DNA from: an uncultured Eubacteriales bacterium
Lineage (GTDB): Bacteria; Acidobacteriota; Aminicenantia; Aminicenantales; Aminicenantaceae
Direction of reading: 5' to 3'
DNA length: 64,000 nt
NCBI GenBank assembly: GCA_964599635.1
Contig: CAZRGM010000009.1
Location: forward strand, 14,495 to 78,494
Both the position numbers and the translations under genes were made by a program. Below are positions 1-10,200 of the stretch, piece by piece; within the stretch, counting starts at the first letter, position 1, and every line of letters begins with the position of its first letter. Under the pieces are notes generated by a model that was not told the origin of the DNA, ran no database searches, and was given only the letters and a program-made list of their open reading frames with translations.

Positions 1-270
1 CTTAGAGTTAATCCCCATGCTTCTCCTTTTGACGGAAAAATAAACTGCTGTGTTATCGATACAAAATCTTTCAACGATTCATTAAAAATGGCCTACTCTG
101 TATGGAGAAAAAAACATGCAAACAAAAGGGAAACAAAGCTTTTCTCTAAAAAAAGCTTTATGGTTACTTCTGATGAACCCATAAACATCCAATATGACGG
201 AAACGTTATTTTAGGAGTTAAAGAATTTAAAGTTTCCGTCCTCCCTTCAGCCATTAAAATCCTTGGTTAA
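1..270 (+). CDS. 3' part of a lipid/diacylglycerol kinase family (YegS/BmrU-like) gene; the 5' end lies outside the window
   Basis: Frame +1 is open from base 1 to TAA 268-270; the tracked 88-270 ORF starts at an internal Met. The tail ...NPHASPFDGKINCCVID...SDEPINIQYDGNVILGVKEFKVSVLPSAIKILG resembles the C-terminal sheet of DAGK-catalytic-domain lipid kinases. Motif memory only. Confidence 0.45.
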   Translation, partial: LRVNPHASPFDGKINCCVIDTKSFNDSLKMAYSVWRKKHANKRETKLFSKKSFMVTSDEPINIQYDGNVILGVKEFKVSVLPSAIKILG

Positions 271-314
271 ACTCATCTACCCTAAATTTCACGAATCAAA
301 ATTATAATCTTATT

Positions 315-420
315 GAAATTCAGGTGTAGCTGAAGGAAATTTGGGCTGTAACGGTGAATTGTAAATGGTCAATCGTAAATTGAAAAACCATTCTTCATTT
401 TCCATTCACCATTACCTGTT
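315..420. repeat. Repeat patch: solo family-1 terminal motif plus head-to-head heptamer arrays
   Basis: 315-336 GAAATTCAGGTGTAGCTGAAGG matches the terminal motif seen at 4139, 11961, 19032 and, inverted, at 4292-4325, 4437-4457 and 19263-19297. 346-420 reads GGTGAAT TGTAAAT GGTCAAT CGTAAAT..., then the opposite polarity CCATTCT TCATTTT CCATTCA CCATTAC. Confidence 0.6.
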
Positions 421-429
421 ATTGATAAA

Positions 430-516
430 CGGAGGGAGAGGGATTCGAACCCCCGTCACGATTTCTCGTGAAGCGGTTTTCAAGACCGCCGCCTTCAGCC
501 ACTCGGCCATCCCTCC
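430..516 (-). tRNA. tRNA-Ser (anticodon UGA), class II with long variable arm
   Basis: The reverse complement reads GGAGGGA TG GCCGAGTGGCTGAAGGCG GCGGT CTTGAAA ACCGC TTCACGAGAAATCGTGAC GGGGG TTCGAAT CCCTC TCCCTCC G. It has a 7-bp acceptor stem, the anticodon loop CU-UGA-AA, a variable-arm hairpin CACGA/TCGTG and the T-loop TTCGAAT. No encoded CCA. Confidence 0.9.
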
Positions 517-562
517 TTAATGCAAATATGAGTGTAACACGTTCACTTCAGACCTGCAAAAA

Positions 563-1834
563 TCAGGATATTTCTGTAACCCCACCCATATATGAATGAA
601 GGACTTCTGGAATGAGTACGCTTCCATTTCTCTGCTGAAACGATTCCAAAATAGAACTGACCGTTCTTCCCACTGCAACTCCAGAACCATTGAGGGTATG
701 AACAAATTCAGGCTTGGATTCTTTCTCTCTTCTAAACCTTATTTGAGCGCGTCTTGCCTGAAAATCCTCACAATTTGTACAGGAAGATATCTCCACATAA
801 TCATTTCGGTTGGGCATCCAGAGCTCCAAATCATAGGTCTTAGCCCCAGCAAACCCCAGCTCTCCGGTACACAAGCTGACAACCCGATAATGAAGTCCCA
901 ACTTTTTCAGGACCTTCTCAGCACATAAAGTTATTTTTTCCAGCTCTTCATAAGATTTTTCTGGAAGAGTGAAGCTCATCAACTCCACCTTATTAAACTG
1001 ATGCTGACGAATGAGACCCCGAACATCTTTACCATAGGAGCCCGCTTCACTTCTAAAACACGGTGTATAGGCCACAAATCTTTTCGGTAGAGTCTCTGCC
1101 TCTAGAATCTCATCACGAAACAAATTTGTTAACGGAACTTCAGCAGTCGGTATTAAATACCAATCAAATCCTCTGAGTTTAAACAAATCTTTTTCAAACT
1201 TCGGAAGATTTCCAGTCCCCAGCAGACTCTCTTTGTTTGAAATATAAGGAGGAAGGATTTCCTCAAATCCATTCTCTTTGATATGGATATCAAGCATAAA
1301 ATTGATTAAAGCTCTTTCCAATCTGGCTCCCAATCCTTTATAAACAGCGAATCGAGCACCCGCCAATTTGGAAGCTCTTTTAAAATCAAGAATCCCTAAT
1401 CTTTCGCCAATCTCCCAATGCGGTTTGGGTTTAAACTGGAATTGAGGTTTTTCCCCAAACCTCCTCAATTCTTCATTACAAGAAGGGTCTCTTCCCACAG
1501 GCACAGACTCATGAGGAATGTTAGGAATATTCAGTAAGATATCCCTTATCTTTTCCTCTACAGCTTTAAATTCCTCTTCTTTTTCCTTTATCTCATCTGA
1601 TACCTGTTTCATTTCAGCGATCAGGTAAGAGCAATCCTTGCCTTCCTGCTTCATCTTTCCGATTAACTTCGAATTTTTATTGAGTTTATGACGCAAATCT
1701 TCAATCTTCACCAAATATTTCTTTTTCTCTTGATCCAGTTCAACAAACTCTGAAAAGTCAAGGTCTATACCTCTGCTAGAGATTTTTTCTTTGATAAAAT
1801 CCGTGCTTTCTTGAACAAATTTGTTATCCAGCAT
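563..1834 (-). CDS. serS: Seryl-tRNA synthetase
   Basis: 423 aa. An N-terminal coiled-coil arm ([10 protein letters not shown]...[24 protein letters not shown]) is followed by a class II core ([40 protein letters not shown]). The antisense ORFs 517-705 and 596-928 are ignored. Confidence 0.95.
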   Translation of the reverse strand: MLDNKFVQESTDFIKEKISSRGIDLDFSEFVELDQEKKKYLVKIEDLRHKLNKNSKLIGKMKQEGKDCSYLIAEMKQVSDEIKEKEEEFKAVEEKIRDILLNIPNIPHESVPVGRDPSCNEELRRFGEKPQFQFKPKPHWEIGERLGILDFKRASKLAGARFAVYKGLGARLERALINFMLDIHIKENGFEEILPPYISNKESLLGTGNLPKFEKDLFKLRGFDWYLIPTAEVPLTNLFRDEILEAETLPKRFVAYTPCFRSEAGSYGKDVRGLIRQHQFNKVELMSFTLPEKSYEELEKITLCAEKVLKKLGLHYRVVSLCTGELGFAGAKTYDLELWMPNRNDYVEISSCTNCEDFQARRAQIRFRREKESKPEFVHTLNGSGVAVGRTVSSILESFQQRNGSVLIPEVLHSYMGGVTEIS

Positions 1835-1889
1835 GAGGAGAGATTATATTATAAAAAAGGGGAAATGTGAAATGACAAAATACCCTTAG

Positions 1890-1918
1890 TTGACTATGAA
1901 GTTATATTAAAATATCAT
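1890..1918 (+). promoter_or_regulatory. Putative sigma70-type promoter for cobO
   Basis: TTGACT (1890-1895), a 17-nt spacer, then TATCAT (1913-1918), about 30 nt upstream of ATG 1948. Pattern match only. Confidence 0.35.
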
Positions 1919-1947
1919 TAATTAGAAGAGATGAAAGGATTTTTATC

Positions 1948-2478
1948 ATGGAAAACTTCAAGGGATATATCCAAATATATACCGGCAATGGGAAAGGAAA
2001 AACAACCGCTGCTTTAGGGCTCGCATTGAGAGCATCTGGACACGGATTTAAGACCTTTATTGGACAGTTTATGAAAGGTCAAAAATACGGTGAACTCAAA
2101 GCGATAGAGAAGTTAAAACCTTTTGTGCAGGTCAAACAGTTCGGCAGAAATACATTTATTCATGTCACCCAAAACCCAGATCCAATAGATGTAAAAAAAG
2201 CTGAAGACGGACTCGACACATGCTTCAAAGCCATGCTGTCTGGATTGTTTGATATCATTATCCTAGATGAAATCAATGTGGCTTTGTATTTTAATCTTAT
2301 TAAAGAAAAAAAAGTTCATGAATTTCTCGATAAAAAACCAGACAATATTGAAGTGATACTCACAGGCCGATACGCTCCGGAATCTCTTATAAAAAGAGCT
2401 GATTTAGTGACAGAAATGAAAGAAATTAAGCACTACTACACAAAAAACATTTTAGCTCGAGATGGAATAGAAAAATAA
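1948..2478 (+). CDS. cobO: Cob(I)yrinic acid a,c-diamide (corrinoid) adenosyltransferase, CobO/BtuR type
   Basis: 176 aa with the family signatures IYTGNGKGKTTAALGLALRASGHG, QFMKG, IILDEINVAL, LTGRYAP and ADLVTEMKEIKH. Confidence 0.85.
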   Translation: MENFKGYIQIYTGNGKGKTTAALGLALRASGHGFKTFIGQFMKGQKYGELKAIEKLKPFVQVKQFGRNTFIHVTQNPDPIDVKKAEDGLDTCFKAMLSGLFDIIILDEINVALYFNLIKEKKVHEFLDKKPDNIEVILTGRYAPESLIKRADLVTEMKEIKHYYTKNILARDGIEK

Positions 2479-2488
2479 TCCAGGTCAT

Positions 2489-2863
2489 ATGGAGAAAAAA
2501 AAATTTGAAAGACTCGTCGAAGAAGCCTTATTAGAAATCCATAAAAAGTTTAAGAAACACCTTAAAAATATTGCTGTCATTGTGGAGGATTATCCTCCTC
2601 AAGAAGTTTATAAACGGCTTTCATTAGACCGGAGAAACCTGATATTGGGCCTTTATCACGGAGTCCCCTTGAAAAACAGAGGGCCTTATTATGGAAATAT
2701 TCCCCCGGATGTTATATCTATCTACCAAAAGCCCATAGAAAGTGTCTGTTCCACTGAGGAGGAAATCAAAAAAAAAGTCAGAGAAGTGGTAAGACATGAA
2801 ATGGGACATTATTTTGGCAAAAGTGATAAAGAGTTGAAAGAAATAGAAAACAATCAAGATTGA
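2489..2863 (+). CDS. Small zincin-like metallopeptidase family protein (DUF1025-type)
   Basis: 124 aa with an HExxH motif near the C-terminus (VRHEMGHYFG) and typical size and layout for this family. Confidence 0.65.
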   Translation: MEKKKFERLVEEALLEIHKKFKKHLKNIAVIVEDYPPQEVYKRLSLDRRNLILGLYHGVPLKNRGPYYGNIPPDVISIYQKPIESVCSTEEEIKKKVREVVRHEMGHYFGKSDKELKEIENNQD

Positions 2864-2872
2864 TTGGAGTTC

Positions 2873-3766
2873 ATGAATATGGATAAATCATACCAAGGAA
2901 TCATCGCTGCCTTAACAACTCCTTTTAAAAATGAACGGTTATTCCCTGAAAAATTAAAACAAAATATTGAAAGATACAATGAAACTGACCTTGCTGGATA
3001 TGTCATAGCCGGGTCCACCGGAGAAGGAGCCTATTTATCTGATGATGAATGTCTGTCCCTGGTAGATACAGCCGTCAAGTGCTCGTCAAAAAATAAAATA
3101 ATCATAGCGGGGACAGCCCGCGAATCCGTAAAAAATACGGTGGACCTTACAAACAAAGCGGCTGATAAAGGAGCTGACGCAGCCCTTGTGTGCACCCCTC
3201 ATTATTTCAAATCCAAGATGACTCACGATGCTCTCAAAAAATTTTATCTTTCCGTAGCCAAAAAATCTCAGATTCCCATTATTATCTACAACATCCCTCA
3301 AAATACCGGAGTCTGGGTGGACCAAAGACTCATAATAACTCTTTTAAAACACCCGAATATCCTCGGTTTAAAGGACAGCTCAGGGGATCTAATCTTTTTT
3401 GAACAGGTCTGTCCTTATCTTGACTCCGAAAGTTTCTTTCTTTTGGGTTCTGGAAGTCTGATTCTACCCGGGCTTATCATGGGGGCAAGCGGAGGGATCT
3501 TAAGACTCGCTTCTATAACCCCTAAACTCTGCACAGAGCTTTTTCATTTATATAAAGAAAAAAAATGGGAAAAAGCAAAAAAGATCCAGCTGGATCTGGT
3601 CCCTTTAAATCAAGCTGTAACCAAGGACTATGGAATCGCTGCCGCTAAATATGCACTGGATCTTCTAGGCTATTATGGGGGAACCTGCAGACTTCCTCTT
3701 CTTAACCTCAGCCTTCCGATTAAAAATAAGATCAAAGATCTTCTCAAAAAACTCCAACTGCTGTAA
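2873..3766 (+). CDS. DapA/NAL-family class I aldolase (dihydrodipicolinate synthase-like); substrate uncertain
   Basis: Family motifs GSTGEGAYLS, YNIPQNTG and the Schiff-base Lys context LGLKDSSGD. The tracked ORF starts at TTG 2864; ATG 2873, preceded by TGGAG, is more plausible. The Arg expected in the DHDPS Y-N-V-P-x-R-T motif is Asn here. Confidence 0.75.
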   Translation: MNMDKSYQGIIAALTTPFKNERLFPEKLKQNIERYNETDLAGYVIAGSTGEGAYLSDDECLSLVDTAVKCSSKNKIIIAGTARESVKNTVDLTNKAADKGADAALVCTPHYFKSKMTHDALKKFYLSVAKKSQIPIIIYNIPQNTGVWVDQRLIITLLKHPNILGLKDSSGDLIFFEQVCPYLDSESFFLLGSGSLILPGLIMGASGGILRLASITPKLCTELFHLYKEKKWEKAKKIQLDLVPLNQAVTKDYGIAAAKYALDLLGYYGGTCRLPLLNLSLPIKNKIKDLLKKLQLL

Positions 3767-3781
3767 GAAAAATGTATTTAT

Positions 3782-4057
3782 GGACCGTGCACCCAGTCTT
3801 GACAAAACTTCCCCTGCGTATCCCATGCAGTTAGCTCAGGCAAGGCTGACCTGCAGCACAAGTCACGACTCTGCTACCGCTGCTACCTCCCGGTCCTGAC
3901 GGGATTTGCAGAGAGTGCTTTGCACAGGACCCATACCTTCAACACCACTTACATAAGTACCGGCCAGAAAAAGTTAAATGCCTCAACAGGGAATTCAATC
4001 TCACTGTAGCGGATTGTGAGTCACAGGGCACCGCTAGCTCCCCATCTAGCACGGTCC
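3782..4057 (-). ncRNA. ffs: Signal recognition particle RNA, long (Bacillus-type, Alu-domain-containing) form
   Basis: The minus strand starts GGACCGTGCTAGATGGGGAGCTAGCGGTGCCCTGTGA...CAATCCGCT and ends ...GAGCTAACTGC...GCACGGTCC, giving a terminal helix GGACCGTGC/GCACGGTCC. The core GTCAGGACCGGGAGGTAGCAGC matches the universal helix-8 motif GTCAGGTCCGGAAGGAAGCAGC. AAGTGGTGTTGAAGGTATGGGTCCTGTGCAA parallels B. subtilis scRNA as I remember it. The tracked ORFs 3675-3899 overlap it and are rejected. Confidence 0.85.
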
Positions 4058-4091
4058 AATATTGCAATCACTTGCATAAAAATCCTAACGC

Positions 4092-4120
4092 TTAATGTCT
4101 CTTTTGTCAACCAATCCTGG
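4092..4120 (-). promoter_or_regulatory. Putative promoter of the SRP RNA
   Basis: On the minus strand: TTGACA (4120-4115), a 17-nt spacer, TAGGAT (4097-4092), about 30 nt upstream of the terminal helix. Confidence 0.35.
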
Positions 4121-4138
4121 TCATTCATAAAATATGTT

Positions 4139-4457
4139 GAAATTCAGGTATGACTTGTGCTTCCTTCAGATTTTTAACGCCATTCTTCTCACTGTGTTTT
4201 CGGCTGCTACGCAACTCCCCCCGTCCGTGGGTCAAACATGCTCCCAGCTCAGCTCCGCTGAGTTCCCTCAAACACAGCCCTAAGAAGGCTAAATCTTCAA
4301 TGTCGCTTCAGCCACACCTGAATTTTATAAAGCTGTGCGGTTTTAATGTTTAGAATAACTAACCTTGATGATTCATGATTCAAAATGGTTGCAGAGGGAG
4401 AAGGGCAAGGGATTCATCACCTCTTTCCCATCTCCTCTGAAGCCATACCTGAATTTC
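4139..4457. repeat. Family-1 MITE-like element(s) bounded by GAAATTCAGGT... terminal inverted repeats
   Basis: GAAATTCAGGTA at 4139-4150 has inverted partners AATCTTCAATGTCGCTTCAGCCACACCTGAATTT (4292-4325) and CTGAAGCCATACCTGAATTTC (4437-4457). The interior contains GAGAAGGGCAAGGGATTCATCACC, related to 12051-12080 and to the reverse complement of 19181-19206. No ORF is conserved between copies. Confidence 0.55.
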
Positions 4458-4466
4458 ACACTTATC

Positions 4467-4495
4467 TTGACATATAGATAGAGAAGTGATAGAAA
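4467..4495 (+). promoter_or_regulatory. Possible promoter of the M14 peptidase gene
   Basis: TTGACA (4467-4472), a 17-nt spacer, TAGAAA (4490-4495). The -10 is weak. Confidence 0.25.
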
Positions 4496-4574
4496 AATAG
4501 TCTTATCATATAATGATCAATCAAAGCCTTATTATCCAATATATATTAAAAATCATTGTAGGAGGTTTCATCTC

Positions 4575-7169
4575 GTGAACAAAAAATTTATAGTGTCCCT
4601 GTGTATTTCTTTATTCATGATTCCATTTATGCTGTCGGCTCAAACACATCCTAAAGAATTTTTAGGTTATGAGGTTGGAGCTGATAGAAAGCTTGCTGAT
4701 TACAATCAAATAATGGAATATTTTAACAAACTGGATGAAGAATCAGACAAAATCAAGATTCTTAATATTGGAGAATCCACACTTGGAAAGCCCATCATTA
4801 TGGCTGTTATCACCGCCGAAGAAAACATGGATAAACTGGATACCTACACCAGCATCACCAAGAGATTGAGAAATGCAAGAGGACTGACCGATGAAGAGGC
4901 CCAAAATCTTGCTGAGGAAGGAAAGGTCATTGTGCTTTTAACCTGCAATATCCACTCCACTGAAATCGCTTCCTCTCAGATGGCCATGGAGCTTGCCTAT
5001 GATCTCGTGACAGGAAACACTCCTTTTGATGCGGACAAAGTCCTTAAAGACGTGATTGTCCTTCTAGCCCCTTCCACCAATCCTGACGGTGAACAGATGG
5101 TCACCGAATGGTACAGAAAATATGTGGGAACCAAGTATGAAGGCTCAAATATGCCCTGGCTCTATCACCATTACGCAGGCCACGATAACAACCGTGACTG
5201 GTTTATGTTTAATTTAAAAGAAACCCAGGCTGTAACCCAAGTCCTTTACCATGATTGGATTCCTCAAGTCCATATAGACGAGCATCAGATGGGATCTACG
5301 GGAGCCCGTCTGTTTATCCCACCCTTTAAAGATCCCCCTGTTCCAACTATACATCCCCTGCTCTGGAGAGGAGTCGCTCTCTGTGGAATGAACATGGCCT
5401 ATGATCTGCAGAAAAATGGATTTCAAGGCGTGGTTCATGGGAGAAGCTTTACAGGATGGTGGATCGGAGCCTGCGATGATACTTCCTGGCTTCATAATAC
5501 CATAGGGCTTTTAAGTGAAATGGCTTCTGTTCGTGTGGCCTCTCCTATCTATATAGACCCCAATGAAATCCCCGACTCCTATGTTGAAAAAAGGCTTCAA
5601 TTTCCAGACCCATGGCCGGGCGGATGGTGGAGACTCAGAGATATTGTCGAATATGAGCTCACTTTATCCAAAAGTCTTGTGGAAACCGCCTATTCCCATA
5701 AAGAAGACTTTTTGTTTAATTTCTACAAAATGTGTAAGGATGAAATCAAAATCAGAGAGGAGGGAGAACCCTTTGCCTTTGTTGTATCCAAAAACCAAAG
5801 AGACTATCCCACCGCTCTGCGTATGCTTGAAATCTTAAAATTTGGAGGAGTCGAAATACATCAGGCTAAAAAAGATTTTGTTGCGGACGGGAAATTTTTT
5901 CCGGAGGGCTCCTTCGTTATTTTGATGTCTCAACCTTACAGACCCTATGCTCAAGCACTTCTAGAAAAACAGGAATATCCAGATATAAGGTTATATCCAG
6001 GCGGCCCCCCAGAGCCTCCCTATGACAATGCAGGCTGGACACTTCCTCTCCAAATGGGAGTGGACTGTGAACAAATTGATGTTCCCTTTGAAACTGAAGT
6101 CATTCAAATAGAAGAAATTCCTGACCCGGAAATACAAGCCCCCGCTGAAGATGTCCCCTATATCGTCCTTGATTCCAAACAAAACACCTCCTACTCTGTG
6201 ATATTTGCTTTGCTTAAATCCAATGCCTCTGTTTTCCGATCCCAAGAGCCGGTCAATGGAGATGGTTTCCAAACCTGTTTTGGGAGCTTCCTCATTGAAA
6301 ATACCCCTCAAGTCCAGAAAGAACTCCCTGATCTTCTTAACAAATGGAATGTAAAAGCCTATCCTATTAACGATATATCAGATATCAAAAAGAACTCTCT
6401 GAAAAATCCAAAAATCGCCCTGTATCAGTCATGGAAATCAAATATGGATGAAGGATGGACTCGCTGTGCTTTAGATAGTCTTGAAATTCCTTACACCACG
6501 ATTCATAACAAAGAATTTAAAGATAAAAAAGACAAGCCAGCTGATCTGAAAGCCAAATTCGATGTGATTGTGTTTGCCAGCGAAAGTCCGGATATCATAA
6601 AAACGGGAAAGCCCGACCCGAAATCCAGATATGCTCGATACTACACAGAGGGTCCTCCTGAATATGAAGGAGGAATCGGCAAACAAGGTGTGGAAGCTTT
6701 AAAAAACTTTGTCACAGAGGGTGGAATCTTGGTCACTTTAAACCAATCCAGCGAGCTGGTTATCAATGAATTCAAACCTCCTGTATCCAATATTTTGGAA
6801 AATGTATCCAGAAACGACTTCTTCTGCCCCACCTCAATAATTAAACTGAATGTCGAGCAAAAATCACCCATTGGATATGGATTTGATAAAGAAACAGCCG
6901 CTGTTTTTGCTCAAAGTCTGGCCTTTAGGACCAGCATACCTGATATGGAATGGGAAAGGACTGTGGCGGCCAGATATCCTAAAAAAGATATCCTTCTAAG
7001 CGGATGGCTGTTAGGCGAAGATGCCATCAGCCGAAGAGCCGCTGTGGTTGATGCTCAGTACAAAAAGGGTCATCTTATTTTGATAGGAATTCGATGCCAA
7101 CACAGAGCCCAGTCTCATGGAACCTACAAATTTTTGCTGAACGCCCTGCTCTACCCAGAGATGGATTAA
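4575..7169 (+). CDS. Secreted M14-family zinc carboxypeptidase-like protein with a long C-terminal extension
   Basis: 864 aa. GTG start 9 nt after GGAGG, then a signal peptide (FIVSLCISLFMIPFMLSAQT). M14-like zinc/catalytic context CNIHSTEIAS (HxxE), APSTNPDGE, HDNNRDW, IDEHQMG. Confidence 0.75.
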   Translation: MNKKFIVSLCISLFMIPFMLSAQTHPKEFLGYEVGADRKLADYNQIMEYFNKLDEESDKIKILNIGESTLGKPIIMAVITAEENMDKLDTYTSITKRLRNARGLTDEEAQNLAEEGKVIVLLTCNIHSTEIASSQMAMELAYDLVTGNTPFDADKVLKDVIVLLAPSTNPDGEQMVTEWYRKYVGTKYEGSNMPWLYHHYAGHDNNRDWFMFNLKETQAVTQVLYHDWIPQVHIDEHQMGSTGARLFIPPFKDPPVPTIHPLLWRGVALCGMNMAYDLQKNGFQGVVHGRSFTGWWIGACDDTSWLHNTIGLLSEMASVRVASPIYIDPNEIPDSYVEKRLQFPDPWPGGWWRLRDIVEYELTLSKSLVETAYSHKEDFLFNFYKMCKDEIKIREEGEPFAFVVSKNQRDYPTALRMLEILKFGGVEIHQAKKDFVADGKFFPEGSFVILMSQPYRPYAQALLEKQEYPDIRLYPGGPPEPPYDNAGWTLPLQMGVDCEQIDVPFETEVIQIEEIPDPEIQAPAEDVPYIVLDSKQNTSYSVIFALLKSNASVFRSQEPVNGDGFQTCFGSFLIENTPQVQKELPDLLNKWNVKAYPINDISDIKKNSLKNPKIALYQSWKSNMDEGWTRCALDSLEIPYTTIHNKEFKDKKDKPADLKAKFDVIVFASESPDIIKTGKPDPKSRYARYYTEGPPEYEGGIGKQGVEALKNFVTEGGILVTLNQSSELVINEFKPPVSNILENVSRNDFFCPTSIIKLNVEQKSPIGYGFDKETAAVFAQSLAFRTSIPDMEWERTVAARYPKKDILLSGWLLGEDAISRRAAVVDAQYKKGHLILIGIRCQHRAQSHGTYKFLLNALLYPEMD

Positions 7170-7198
7170 AAAAAAACGGGAGAGAGATTCCTCATCCC
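7168..7198 (-). terminator. Intrinsic terminator of the BNR gene 7212-10394, partly bidirectional with the convergent M14 gene
   Basis: The minus strand reads GGGATGAGGAATCTCTCTCCC (stems GGGA/TCCC and GAG/CTC), then G, then a run of nine T. Confidence 0.55.
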
Positions 7199-7211
7199 TT
7201 TGAACTTCTCC

Positions 7212-10200
7212 TTAATATTTGATCACTTCAGGAATCAGAAGGGTTGGAACGTTGTTTTCTGAAAAAATTTTGTTGATCTGTTTCGCACTTTCAACTAAAT
7301 ACTTATTGATTTCTGTCATTCCAGCCTCGAATTCCTGTTTCAATTCATCAAAATAAATCCTTTGTGCTTTAGTAGGGGCTTTATTGACTCCGTCTATAGA
7401 CTGGAATAACGCCTTTAACCGTTCGATAAGACGGGGGCCTTCACTCCAAAAAGGGGCTCCTTTTGGTTTCGTTAATACACTCTGGATTTGCTTGATTTCT
7501 TTGATATGATTTTCGATAGTCTCCATCACTTCCTCAGAAAATGTTCCCGGCTGCATAGAGATGGTGTTTTTTCTATCATCAAGCTGTGATAAAAGAGTAT
7601 CTAATGATCTGAGTCCGTCATTGACAGAAGACTGCATCGAGCATAAATCCGAAGTATATTGATGCTGAACTTCAAGGTCATTATCACTGACCTCGACTGT
7701 GGGATCGATACGGACTGTCAATTCTTGTTTATAAGCTTGTTCCCCTTTAACAAACCTTACCGTATAGATCCCGGGCTGAACCTGAGGGCCTAGAGGACCA
7801 GAAGAGAAAAAATCTTCCTCTGGTTTCGTTTCGTACCTCTGTCGGGGAGGGGTTTCCCTCAAATCCCATGACACTCTGTTCATTCCCTTTTCTGCAGGTA
7901 AATCTTTTATTCTCCTTATTAAATTCTTATCCTTATTATAGATGTCAATTCTTAAATCTTTGTTATCATCCATACGGCTTTTCAAATAATAAGTCATGAG
8001 GGCTCCATAAGGCGGATTCTCTCCCCTATATTCTCTATCTCCGATTCCATAACGGGTCGGTTTAACCGCATGCCGCATCGCAGGCCTGATTTTAAAAAGA
8101 TGAGCATCTTCCTCCAGAAGTTCAGGGCGGGTTTCTCTCAAAAAAGAAATATCATCAAAAATCCAGATGCCTCTTCCATGAGTCCCCAATATCAAATCAT
8201 TTTCCCTAGGGTGGACACTAATATCATGAACGGCTACAGGAGGAAGGTTTTTCATGTGAAGCTTTATCCAATGAGTCCCTCTGCTAAAGGAAACAAAAAG
8301 ACCCAGTTCTGTCCCCGCATATATGATTTGAGGCCGGATCGGATCCTCTCTGATGACCCAAACATAGGCATTATCCGGAAGATTTCCCGTGACATCCACC
8401 CACGTCCTCCCGAAATCAGAGGTCCTGTAGACAAAAGGGCTGAAATTATCCAGCATATGTCGATCAAAAGCCGCATACGCCATGCCAGTTGAAAAGATAG
8501 AGGGTTCTACATGAGAAACAGGTGTATAGGAGGGCAAATCAGGAATGCTGTTGATCACATTTTCCCAATCATTCCCTCCATTCATGGTGACATGAAGCTG
8601 GCCGTCATCTGTGCCTGCCCAAATCACTCCGGGCTGCACAGGCGACTCTGCCAGGCTGATGATGGTGCAGTAGTATTCAGCTGTTGTATTTTCAGGCCAA
8701 GCCGGACTTCCGGCAGTCTTTTGTTTCTCAGGATCATCTGTTGTCAGATCAGGGCTAATAATATCCCATGTTGAACCAAAATCCATAGATTTAAAAACAA
8801 CATTTCCCCCGACAAAAATTGTCTTTTTGTCATGAGGAGAAGGAATTATGGGAGTGTTCCAGTTGAAGCGATACTTCAGTTCAGAAGCAGGGGCTCCATC
8901 GGCCCTCCTAGGTTGAGGACTTATATCCTGCTGCTCCATAGTATCCATGTTGGTCCTCACTATCCCCCCTCCCTGCCTTTCACTGACAAAAATCTGTGGA
9001 TTATCAGGGTGACAGGCGACATGGAAGCCGTCTCCAAAACTCACCATTCTCCAATCATCTTTTAAAATTCCAAAACTCTCCTTATTTCGGCTGGGGCCAT
9101 ACCAAGTCCCGTTATCCTGAAGCCCTCCTCCTACATAATAAAATGGTTCCCTGTTATCAGCACAGATTTGATAGAACTGGGCAGCACAGATATTATTAAT
9201 ATAATCCCAGTTCTTCCCTCTGTCATAAGAAACGCATATGCCTCCATCCTGTCCCTGCCAGATTCGATGGGGATTTTCGGGATCTATCCAAAGCGTATGA
9301 AAGTCAACATGGGTGGACTGGGATATCTGTTCAAAAGTTTTCCCTCCATCAATGGAAACATAAAGCCTTGAAGAGATGGCATACACCCGGTTTTCATCGG
9401 CAGGATCCACTCTTAAGTCTGTATAATAAAAACCTCGAGAAACAATCTCGACATCACTGGAGACACGGTAAAAACTTTCCCCTGCATCATCAGAACGGTA
9501 TAGAGTTCCTTCAGGAGACTCGGTCATAGCATAAACCACATCTGGATTGCTGGGCGCGACCTTGATTCCAATCCGGCCTATCAGTTCAGGAAGTCCCTCT
9601 GTGACCTTGCCCCAGGTTCTCCCCCCATCCACAGACCTGAATACACCGCCTTCTTTGTCTCCACTTTCAAAAGTCCAGGGTTTTCTCATAAATTTCCATA
9701 AACCTGCAAAGACAATATTAGGGTTTTTCGGGTTGATATCCATATCTGAGACCCCATGCCATTGGTCCTTATAGAGTGTCTTTTCCCAGCTTTGTCCCCC
9801 ATCTCTAGAAACAAAAACTCCTCGGCTTGAGTTGGGTCCAAAGGCACGCCCCAAAGCTCCTACGTAGACAATATCCGGATTATTGGGATTAATCACGATA
9901 CGGGATATATGTTCAGTATCCTTGAGGCCAACATGACTCCAGGTATGACCTCCGTCTGTGGATTTATAGACTCCATTCCCAAATGAGACGCTGTTTCTTA
10001 CATTAGATTCTCCTGTCCCCACATAGACCACATCAGGATTTCCAGGCTCAAGGGCAATATCCCCAATTGAAGCCACAGACTGTCCGTCAAATATAGGCTT
10101 CCAGGTAATCCCTCCGTTCAATGTCTTCCACACTCCTCCTGAAGCTGAACCAACATACACAACATTGGGATCCCCAGGGACTCCCTCCACATCACTGACT

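Noticed and set aside
1835-1947. T-box or other riboswitch leaders upstream of serS and gltX
   Set aside because: The serS upstream spacer is only 113 nt and is shared with the divergent cobO promoter. The gltX leader is occupied by the RAYT-type repeat. Neither has room for a T-box fold or a specifier/terminator pair.
3675-4353. Tracked ORFs 3675-3899 and 4150-4353 in the dapA-like / M14 spacer
   Set aside because: The first overlaps the SRP RNA on the opposite strand. The second lies inside a family-1 repeat. Neither has a convincing RBS or a protein-like composition.
8070-9774. Many 60-140-aa ORFs antisense or out of frame within the two BNR genes, the M14 gene, the EPS genes and others (for example 8070-8492, 14200-14595, 59039-59389)
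   Set aside because: They are fully nested in long, motif-supported ORFs, have biased composition typical of antisense frames, and have no RBS. They are treated as shadow ORFs.
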